Assembly (NCBI GenBank): GCA_965223265.1
Contig: OZ244999.1
Coordinates: forward strand, 256,001 to 320,000
Source of the DNA: Planctomycetota bacterium
GTDB taxonomy: Bacteria; Planctomycetota; UBA8108; SXIK01
Direction of reading: 5' to 3'
Length of the DNA stretch: 64,000 bases
In this document: positions 48,501 to 56,527 of the stretch, piece after piece
How the letters are laid out: each line of letters begins with the position of its first letter
Position numbering within the stretch: the stretch's first letter is position 1
The notes under the pieces: generated by a model
The model's input: only the letters and a program-made list of their open reading frames with translations
What the model was told of the DNA's origin: nothing
The model's database searches: none
Made by a program: the position numbers and the translations under genes

Positions 48501-49601
48501 GGATCCGAGCATCTCACTCGCGCTCGAACGTATGTCCCCGAGGAAAACTCCAACGCCCTCGCGAGCCGAACGGAAGGAGCCCGCGATTCCACCGACGACA
48601 TCGCGAAGCTCGAAACCACTCAGAATCCTGGCCACGAAAGTGTCCACACCGTCGCAGAGAAGACGCGTCAGTCGTGGACCGATACCCTCACGAAAGAATT
48701 GTAGGGCGTTGGGTGCAGCCCATTCGATGGCGGACTCGATCGAACCGCCAAGGAAGGAGAGCGTCCTATCGAGAAAATCCGGTTCTTCGTCTTCCTCCGT
48801 CTGACGCTGGACGAGCGCGCTATCGGTATGCTGCTGCACTGGCATCGGGCGCGACGTAGATGATTCGTTGGACACAGATCGTTTAGCTGTATCATGGCGA
48901 GCTACGCTGGTAGCAGCCCCTTGCTGAACGACATGGGTCAGCTCGTGCGCTATGAGTCGTCGGCCGCTCTCTGTCCCGGGAACGAACTCTCCGGCAGCGA
49001 ATCCTATGTGATTCCCGACGGCGAAGGCGCGGGCGTTCAGCGAACGCGCCACCTCCGCTGAGCGAGCGTCGGTGTGAATTCGCGTGCCACTGAAGTCTCG
49101 CCCAAAACGTGCTTCGAAGAACTCGCGTGTTTCGGGCGCCAGCGGCGATCCACCCGAGCGCAGCGATGCTATGCGACGTTCGAGATCGCCCGCAGCGGCG
49201 CAGTTCTTCGACCCTCGATCATAATGACGTTGTACGTACCGTGAGACGCGGGTCCCGACGGTGTGGTTTGAATGACTCGTCGGTGATGTGACGCTTGGTG
49301 TCACCGAGGGCGGCGCCCGGACGACCATTTCGGCGACTCGATCGGCCTCCTCTTCGAATCGATCTCTGCGGGATCCGATGCGGAGTTTCGTTTGAACCGA
49401 GTCTTCTTCGTCTGATCGGCAGTTCGGGCACGTTCCATCACACGCGCAGCTTGCTTTGCGTTGAACCAACCAGTCGGTCGATGCCGGGCGGCGAGCCTGA
49501 GAGACAACCTCCTGGCGCGAACGTGCCCGCTGCAGGGCCGATTGCCTGTTCGGTGCATCAGCACGTTTCTTGCTAGCATGAATCATCGAATTGTTGCACA
49601 A
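45501..49601 (-). CDS. DUF4157 (eCIS core domain) protein with long amphipathic helical region and C-terminal nuclease-like toxin domain
   Basis: QRKASCACDGTCPNC; EEEADRVAE; FFEARFGRDFSGTRIH...NARAFAVG.HI.F...LIAHELTHVVQQ; Trp-periodic helical middle; HTWRQ..GRWCRHS linker; tip QLHLWGPGFGDE...VNLRWQN. Confidence 0.85.
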   Translation of the reverse strand: MCNNSMIHASKKRADAPNRQSALQRARSRQEVVSQARRPASTDWLVQRKASCACDGTCPNCRSDEEDSVQTKLRIGSRRDRFEEEADRVAEMVVRAPPSVTPSVTSPTSHSNHTVGTRVSRYVQRHYDRGSKNCAAAGDLERRIASLRSGGSPLAPETREFFEARFGRDFSGTRIHTDARSAEVARSLNARAFAVGNHIGFAAGEFVPGTESGRRLIAHELTHVVQQGAATSVARHDTAKRSVSNESSTSRPMPVQQHTDSALVQRQTEEDEEPDFLDRTLSFLGGSIESAIEWAAPNALQFFREGIGPRLTRLLCDGVDTFVARILSGFELRDVVGGIAGSFRSAREGVGVFLGDIRSSASEMLGSILEPVVVAIQEYGLPFIGRLQGFIQGVQEKVNQIWQTVGRPVADFLTAAGSEVWNTITSLADWVWDVTEPIRDLGTRAWNWVKAQFNLAWESSAGAREWIVEKASAFWETVTRTLQPIMGPLRVIGGVFLLFSPLGPFIVLNEVILPLWERLRWLWNNWNATDVLVRAREILHEDIIPSVIRISAVAAGAMANAATWLSGLTASLSGSFEGLQTALGVNGCVRSFQRVMNFIARQFHALADWARNDFTGLVNALSEAFRAVVAFLEPILDFLGQLILTVANPLRIPVLFARALWGLVPERLKPPIATFVIEVLYTFLLGFPAFLGLGPLGTLLKRSALGFLNRFRGQDQETVQLRVQVANRIAELVGGSARLLAGYSWGLLRGIWSGLVEPFEIIALLIRVVSGLNRLLHSTFQRVFGETPLAAVGRSIAPPSLAPSSPPAISSSTVDSGGSQPAPSTRSTDDLQIAGMQRDEVEASLLNAALDAQEGSEEVGGNLDAAAPARAEQTPAPPSPETMQSIGAAAASMEGAEAEWRSGQEQASSRDVANETGLFNILWQAWDRLVTGAAGLGRRMANAFLEFIGLPDFQVGNRVGFVAGMVLFEIVLALLTAGGSAALNALKWPLRMLVRLLDLGGEIFGVLTRVVGPLLRPMMGFLASMASYVSRLPGMRAIVRRVESALRPILRYADEAASAGRRGTDDVAERVRASRRVGDEPSVRSRRADELTPDETSVVNRTTRREGRDLTGAELDAELAIVRRRLEARPGLDEVTLGGHTWRQSAPGRWCRHSTAPFCVVFHPETGRIRGDASQLTDFERRTAFTEGRVPTPGVQRITIRRTPGGIYGVSLEGVVRPPPGGRLANFNSRRSFLFSPREVGLPNPHQWQQLHLWGPGFGDEAAAGLWLGPRSVNLRWQNDRIESMIRQASQLTNSRNGTLQLLARAEAQEFASPVGLVPFLRTAEYDLVQRIPGERTRSLLIHIEVAPPPSPRIVTFDASGSLLEL

Positions 49602-49627
49602 ACGCTTTGAACAACGGCGACCGCCTG

Positions 49628-51433
49628 CTAGAAGCGAACGCCCACCCCTGCAGTGCCTCCGCCTAGCACACCCTCGCTCCCCGAGAACGCCTCATCCGAA
49701 ATGAGGACAAATCCACCCACTCTCCAGAAGAATCTTGCTCCCTCGGTTCCGAACTCCTGACCCACACCTGCTGAAATCATCAGGTGAAAGTTGCCGCGGA
49801 GTCGTCCCACTTCGCGTGTCGGTATTTCGGCCAGGAGGCCGGCTTCGAGGTCGAAGAAGAGTGGATTTGAGACCCGACCGCCAAAACCAGGGCGATCACC
49901 GCTGCTTTCGAGGATGCGTGTTCCGACGGTGCCACCTACGAGCAGGTGGTCGGGCGAGAGATACACGCCACGCGCGCCAAGGTTCAGGCTTGCAATGCGC
50001 CCGAGGATCAAATCGGCTCCGACAATCGCTGCTCCGCCGGGACTCACACCTTGCCCACCGAAACCGCCGCCGCGAAGCGAGACGGATCCGCCGACGTTCG
50101 ATGGAGCTCGTTCGGGCTCGGGTTCGGTCACTGGTTCGGTGCGCTGGGCCGCGCGCTCGGCTTCGAGAGCCGTTCGTCTGCGTTCCTCTTCTCTGCGCCG
50201 AGCTTCGTTTTTCAGTCGTTCCTCTAGAGCGTCGAGTTCGCCTGAAAATCTCCTCAGATATCGTAGGAATTCGGGTTCAATTTCTCCGCGCTCAACGTTT
50301 GCTCCGTGTCCCGTCGGAAACAGAGCGGAACGCCGAGCGTTGACGAACCAGACATGCAGCAGCTCATGGTGCAGCGTCGATGCCATGCTAGACTCCGGGT
50401 CTGTGTAACTGAATACAATCAGAGCGTTACGCGGCGTAGGCCACGAGCCTCCTAGTGGGATGGCGCGGCTGTTGGGATCGCGCGGCTCGCGGCTCTGCAC
50501 CCAGACGGTGTAGCGCGGAGCGTTCGGAGTGTCGGGATCGAATTTTCCAGAGGCATCTGTCGTTTCTGGAGGGCGCTCGAGGGGAAACAGAACCGAGATC
50601 CGAGAGCGGCATCTCTGTTGCCCTCGGCAAAACATACGCCAGAGACTGTGAACCAGGTTGGCGCCAGAGGTCGTGAGAAGGAAGCGACGAATCGCTTCCC
50701 GTGCGACCCGCTGTCTCGCCTCGCCCTCCGGAAGTTGTACACTCTCTATGATCGCGTCCCAGCTATCCTGAGCATCTTCGCCTGGCGTTCGCTGGATCGC
50801 TTCGGACGGGGTGCGGGTTATTCCCAGCGTAGGCGCTGTACCTAATCGCCTCTGCACGCCCCCTTGTTGGATCGTATGCGTTAGTTCATGCGCGATAAGA
50901 AGCCGACCGGAAGATGTCTCAGGCGAGTACTCCCCTGATGCGAAAGTGATGTCTCTTCCGACCGTGTACGCGCGTGCATCGAAGCCTTGCGCGGATCTGG
51001 CTGCCTGTGAGTCTCTATGCAGGCGTACGCCGCTAAGGTCGTAGCCGAATCTCGGTTCGAAAAAGGAGCGAAGCGAGCTTGAAAGCGGGTGTCCGCTGCT
51101 GGCGGAGTTGTCGCTCAGGTCTCCTCGGGCCGACGAGCGAGATTCTGCGTACGCCGCCGGCGCGGACCGCACCGGGTTGGCCATCCGCAGGACACGGTTG
51201 GCTACTCGATCTGCTTCCTTTTCATGTCGATCTCCCGGCTGACTGATGCGCAGATTCGAGCTTCGGCAGCGGGGACAAGTGCCGCCGCAAGAGCACGACG
51301 CTTTGCGCTGAATCAGTGAAACCGTCCAGACCTGGCGATCAGGTCGATGCTGAGGCCGGCGCACCGAGTCCTCACCACGGACTTGCCGCTTCCTTCCTGG
51401 CGTTCCGACTTCTCTTATCGCGCTCGCCTGCAT
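49628..51433 (-). CDS. DUF4157 (eCIS core domain) protein with second HExxH and C-terminal beta-rich domain
   Basis: QRKASCSCGGTCPRC; EKEADRVA; FFEPRFGYDLSGVRLH...DARAYTVG...LIAHELTHTIQQ; LHHELLHVWF; charged coiled coil; Gly-rich alternating strands ending GVGVRF. Confidence 0.85.
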   Translation of the reverse strand: MQASAIREVGTPGRKRQVRGEDSVRRPQHRPDRQVWTVSLIQRKASCSCGGTCPRCRSSNLRISQPGDRHEKEADRVANRVLRMANPVRSAPAAYAESRSSARGDLSDNSASSGHPLSSSLRSFFEPRFGYDLSGVRLHRDSQAARSAQGFDARAYTVGRDITFASGEYSPETSSGRLLIAHELTHTIQQGGVQRRLGTAPTLGITRTPSEAIQRTPGEDAQDSWDAIIESVQLPEGEARQRVAREAIRRFLLTTSGANLVHSLWRMFCRGQQRCRSRISVLFPLERPPETTDASGKFDPDTPNAPRYTVWVQSREPRDPNSRAIPLGGSWPTPRNALIVFSYTDPESSMASTLHHELLHVWFVNARRSALFPTGHGANVERGEIEPEFLRYLRRFSGELDALEERLKNEARRREEERRRTALEAERAAQRTEPVTEPEPERAPSNVGGSVSLRGGGFGGQGVSPGGAAIVGADLILGRIASLNLGARGVYLSPDHLLVGGTVGTRILESSGDRPGFGGRVSNPLFFDLEAGLLAEIPTREVGRLRGNFHLMISAGVGQEFGTEGARFFWRVGGFVLISDEAFSGSEGVLGGGTAGVGVRF

Positions 51434-51446
51434 GATGCAGCACTTG

Positions 51447-52541
51447 TTACCGCTTTGATTGATTAGGAGGAGACTTTTTCTCTTTCTTGAGAATGGCTGC
51501 TGCGCTCTTTCTTACTTTGCGCATCTCGTCCTTACCGAAGAATCTCCGGAGAGTGTCGTCGTCAGCATTCGACAGGTCTTCCAGTGATTTGATTCCCGAA
51601 TTTCGAAGCTCGATGCCGCGAATGATGTCGATACCCTCGATTCGGCCCAATGGACCCTCCGCCGGTGGGAGTTTGGTGACACGGGGTTCTGACGAGGCGT
51701 CGGAGGTGCGCCCCTCAGCTGAATCAGTTGATGAAGCGTCCGAGTCGGTCGCTGGTGGCTGTGGTACGTCTATGGCAGGTCCTGACGGCAACGTCGGAGT
51801 CGGCTGACTGGTTGAGAGATCGCTCTTCAAGGAGAGCATCTCCTCTCGAAGTACGTTCGACATGCTCCGAATCGCTGTGTGGGCTTCACGCATGTTTTCC
51901 AGTTTCAGATCTACGAGTTCAGCCGTGTGGAGGACCGAGTCGCGAACCGACTTGCCGAGGAGAGCGCGGTCGATGACACCATGCACACACGGGACGACCA
52001 GCTTCACGTCTCTCTTCGTTCCTTTTTCCGCAACGACGCCGTCGATCTGCTCCTGGTGCACCATCGTGTCCGCATCGAGGAGGACTCGAAAGCTAAGGAG
52101 TCCTTTCTGTTCGTTGATCAGTGCGATGTCGTCCACGTTGAATCGGAAAACGAAGTTTCCTACGTCGTCGGACGTGGTCTCACTCACGGACAAATGCGAA
52201 TCGCTATGAGTCGCTACTTCGATGCGGACTCCCGGAAGGCCGACTTCGTCCTTTTCATCGATGGTCCTGCCGGCGATCACGAACGCATCCGCCACCTCAA
52301 CACAACGATTAGCTCCAAGCGAGTCTCGAGCCTTGCTCGCAGCCTGCTGCTCTGTAGCCATGAGGTCCAGCTCCTTCTGTAGGTCACCGTCGACCTCATT
52401 GCGGAGGCTTTCCCACTTCTCTGCTAGCTCTTCGATCTGGCCGACGGCCATCTCGTTTCTTTCGCGAGTTCGATCTATCAACGCCAGGACGCGTTGGCAC
52501 ACCGAATCTTCGGCAAGCTTTGATTGATCTTGTTGAACCAT
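51447..52541 (-). CDS. eCIS-associated hypothetical protein (coiled coil, Ig/transthyretin-like segment, C-terminal helix-hairpin-helix-like)
   Basis: IAGRTIDEKDEVGLPGVRIEV...TSDDVGNFVF; C-terminal LGRIEGIDIIRGIELRNSGIKSLEDL; tightly packed in the minus-strand operon. Confidence 0.65.
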   Translation of the reverse strand: MVQQDQSKLAEDSVCQRVLALIDRTRERNEMAVGQIEELAEKWESLRNEVDGDLQKELDLMATEQQAASKARDSLGANRCVEVADAFVIAGRTIDEKDEVGLPGVRIEVATHSDSHLSVSETTSDDVGNFVFRFNVDDIALINEQKGLLSFRVLLDADTMVHQEQIDGVVAEKGTKRDVKLVVPCVHGVIDRALLGKSVRDSVLHTAELVDLKLENMREAHTAIRSMSNVLREEMLSLKSDLSTSQPTPTLPSGPAIDVPQPPATDSDASSTDSAEGRTSDASSEPRVTKLPPAEGPLGRIEGIDIIRGIELRNSGIKSLEDLSNADDDTLRRFFGKDEMRKVRKSAAAILKKEKKSPPNQSKR

Positions 52542-52558
52542 GTTTCGACCTTGCTCGT

Positions 52559-55500
52559 TCAGAATGGCACTGAATCAGGTATGTTCGCAGTGGCTCGAAT
52601 CGAGTTGTTCAGCACCCGATACTGCACAGCTCTCTGACTATGATTTCCGACCACGATCAGGTCGCGACCGACGAGGCGAGCCCAATAGTCGAAGACGTTT
52701 CCAGAGACGTTCGCCACAAGAGCTCGATTGCCCTCTTTCGCCAGTTCTTCTTCCGTCCAGGACATTCCAGCGGTGGTCTGCGCGATCGCGACGTAGCCGC
52801 GTACCACACGATTGTCAGAGAACTGCACAACAGGGCGGTCTTTGTGTGGGTCGTGAATCAAGAAACCTTGACTCAGGATCCGCAAGAACTCGGGATTGAA
52901 TAGAACGCTGAAGCTCGACGTCTCCTCAGACGTCTTGGCTGCGAAGAGCTGTCCTAAAATGCCAGCGTCCACCTTCAACGAGTTGTAGTAAGTGGGAATG
53001 TGGGGAATCTCCAACACACCCGCAGCTCGCAGACCGAAAGCCGCAAAAGGATCCGCGCCAATCATGACGGACCCCTCGAACCGATTGCCGAGGACTGCGA
53101 GATTGCCAGCGACAAGTCCAGGAATCGAAAGTGCGAACGGGGTGAATCTCTGTCCGCCAGTCGAGGGTTGCCCTGTTGCTCTTAACGTGTTTCCTTCGAT
53201 GCGAGCATCTCCCCCCGAGGTTCCGCCGAGTGATCGCATCACTAGGCTCTCTCGGCCGACCAAGACTTCATTCCCCCGCATCTCGCCAGATTGGGAGTGG
53301 ATCAGAACGCCGCCGGCAAGATTTGGGTGTGTGCTCCAGATGCGATTGTCGATGACGCGATTGTCGAAGCCGCGAAGATTGACAACAAACCCTTCACGGA
53401 CCACGGCTGTGAAGATGAATCCTTCGTTGGCCAAAGGGACGAGTGTGTTGTAAGCCTGCACGTCAGCGAGAGTCTTCATGACGTAGAGTCGATCCGACGT
53501 TGCGTCCCCCGAGTTTGGCGGACTTTTTGAATGGACTTTTTCTTCTATCGACGTGCTAAGAGTTACGTGATCGATCGATGTGGGGTCTTTTTCGATCGAG
53601 TTCCTTGCCTCAGAAAAATAGATTCGCATACCTGGGATGTCGTTGGCTTCGTTCGATCTCGCGAGTGAGTTCGACCCGAAGACACCCGTTGCGAAGATGT
53701 CCGTGCTGACCTTCCAATCGGCAATGATGAAGTTCGGCTGTGATACTCGAATGTCGTTCGCTTCAACTCGCACCGCACCGATGGTTGCACGAACCGCTGT
53801 GCCAAAGATTTCGAAACGATTCTTTTCTACAAGTCGAACTTTTGTGTCTACTTGGTCACGCAACACAAAGACTCTGTCCTCCGGTTCGATGAGAATCGCG
53901 GCGAATTGACAGTTCGCGAAAGCGTTTTCGACGATGCGAAAGTCCTCGATGAGCTTCGTTCCAGACCATTCAATCCCGATTTGCGTTGCGTCAAATTCGT
54001 TGCCACGCACAAGTGTCCGTTCTGTATTCCCCAAAGAGAAGAATGAGCTCGCCATCATCGAGTAGTGTGCACGTCGCTCTTCTGTTCCTAAACTCGCGTC
54101 AGAGAAAGAGCGGGCAGATTCTACGGGCGTGGAATCGCTTTTTCCGGCCAGGAGTGCCGAGTAGTGCGTTGCCGTTTCCTTGACGCCGAACGCGTCCGAC
54201 GTGAAGACGATACCCTTCTCAACACCGCGAAACGCGTTTTCGACGATGCGGCAGTCGATGGAGTCGATGATGAAGCGCAATCCGATCTGTGGTGAGGTAT
54301 GTGTGCGACTGCGGCCTACCGAACGTTCGCCGATCTTGTTTCTCGCGAAGAGAAGGTCGCGCACGAGTCCAAACGTGCACCCGAAGACGGAAGTCCGGAA
54401 TCGGTTCGCAGAATGTCACAACCTTCAACGATCTCAGCGCTCACTCCGGTGCCACCTCGAACGTGGTTGTGAAGAAAAGTTACGTCGAGGAGCGACGAAG
54501 ACCGTAGCGCGATATATCGCGGACTTTCCGTCTGTTTCGCGTCGATAAAGAATCGTAGATCTCCGTAAATGGCGCGCCGAACTCCCGGATCGTTTGCCAA
54601 CAGTGCGAGTTTTGTCATGTCGCGATCAATCTGATCCGCGTCCTGTTCGGCGATTCCAAGAAAGAGGTTTTCCTCTAGTCGAACGTCGAGTAGATCGGAG
54701 ACGTCGACTCCCTGACGAGTTCCGAGGCAGATGTTTTCCCGAAACTGACTCTGTACCAGGCGATGTCCGGAGAGCACCGTCGCACCGGCAAACAGGTTGC
54801 CGTCGACGCGCCAATGACGCGCCTCGAGACCGGCTGTGAGGATGTGAGGGATCGCGTGTCGATAGGTCGAGTAGACAAACATTCGCTCAATGGTGAGCTC
54901 GACTGCATTGGTCGTCGACCACACAGCCGTTTCGGTGAGGTTCAGGACTGCGAAGGATCGAAAGCTGATATTCCTGACGTCGTTGAGAACGAACGTCGCT
55001 GACCCTTCAAAAACATCTCGCGTCAAAATCCGGCTCGCGAGACCGAATCCTTCCAAGCGAATGTTTGAGGAGCCGGAGAAGTCAAGTGGTTCGGTCAGAA
55101 TGTGGTCTCCGGGAAGAAGGCAGAGACAACCACCTCCCGCCCGGCGGAGTCGCCGCAGTGCTCGCGCTAAGCTCTCGCCTGGTGCCACGTGAATGCAACA
55201 CCCCTGAAGATCTGTCAGTGGCGGGAAAACCTTGCGGCAGTCGATGATCTGTTCGCGTGCGAGGTCTCTCTCTTCGTTCCAATGGAGCTCGGCGAGAGCG
55301 ACGCGATGGCGGCGAACGCCCTCGGGCGGAGCGTCGTCGAGAAGGATGTCCGACGCGTGACCGACGTCTCCGGCGCGCACCGAAAAGGTCCAGTAGTCCC
55401 CGGGCACATAGTTCGCACCGGCGGGTAGGTCGAACCGTAGCTGAATCCCGTCGCGGAGATCTGCCAGACCCGATGCAAACTCTGAGACGCGTTCGATCCC

Positions 55501-56517
55501 GTTCCATAGCCTGAAGAACACGTCCCGCCCTAGTGGCAATGTTCCGAAGCGTTTGGTGCTCATCTCCAGCTTGCTGTCCGCGGTGAGCGTCGCAGGCGCG
55601 CCAGCAGTCACGATCCACTGCTCCGCGAGCGCATCGTCGTCCTGTGAGCGTGATGGCCGGGGCTCTAAAACCTCCAGGTAGAACGTCTCGATTCCCGAGC
55701 GTAAGATGGCTTCGCGATTGGCGATAAGATTGCAAAAGACGTCGCTTCCTACCTTCTCGAACTCCCCGCGTCCGACGAGCCCTCCGTTGTATGCGCTCCA
55801 ATTGAAATGGGGCGTGGCGTCATCTACGTGGGCGATCTCGATTCGAAAGAGATTGTGCTCGAACCCGGTATAGCCACCACCGATGGTGACAGGGCACGGA
55901 CCGTTTTGAGTTTGGGTTGGCTCCAAGGTTGCGGTTAGGCGTCCGCGTTGAGACTCCAAGTCATCCTGGATGCGGCTAACGACGTCGATGCAGTCTTCGC
56001 CATCTTCGAGACGCACGAGCGCGAGGCGAAACGCCGTGAAGAGTCTCTCGCTCGTATCTGGGCCGCCGAGTGCAGGTTCGATCAGGCGCGAAGGCACTTG
56101 AAAACCGTTAACGGCCTCCCTCCAGACTTCGAGCACGACTGCGTCTCGATCACCTGGTGATGGAGACGTGGCGTCCGAGCGTCCAACCGGTAGCGATAGA
56201 TACGGGGCTGCGCGTTCCTCGGTTCCACGGAGGTGGACGAAGAGCCCATCGGCCCAGCCCTGCCCTTCTTCGAGCGCGAGGCGGACGTCGCCGCCGACGG
56301 CGCGAGCGCGATGAACGCGGAACCCGTTCGGCTCGTGAGCAGGCACGGCCAAGACTCTCGAGCCAAAGGCCGTCCTCCCCGTCTCATCTTGCCAGCGATT
56401 GACGAGGAGTGTGTGGTGATTGGTATCGGCGTCCAAAAGCACGCGGCCCTGCTGATGCAGAATGCCGCTGAAGTTTGTCTGTAGATCAAAAGACCATTCG
56501 GAGAAGTCGCCGTGCAT
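52559..56517 (-). pseudogene. DUF6519-like tail fibre/spike protein with right-handed beta-helix, split by a 1-nt frameshift near 54410 (track ORFs 54316..56517 and 52559..54364)
   Basis: N-terminal MHGDFS...QQGRVLLDAD...EPALGGPDTSER...GGYTGFEHNLFRIEI...GDYWTF, then GGGCLCLLPGDH and beta-helix repeats. The repeats continue in the second frame as ANRFRTSVFGCTFGLVRDLLFARNKIG. Real lesion versus sequencing error cannot be decided here. Confidence 0.8.
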
Positions 56518-56527
56518 CTGTGTTTCC

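Noticed and set aside
54380-54430. Programmed ribosomal frameshift in the fibre gene
   Set aside because: No X-XXY-YYZ slippery site or homopolymer at the junction; an indel or sequencing error is simpler.
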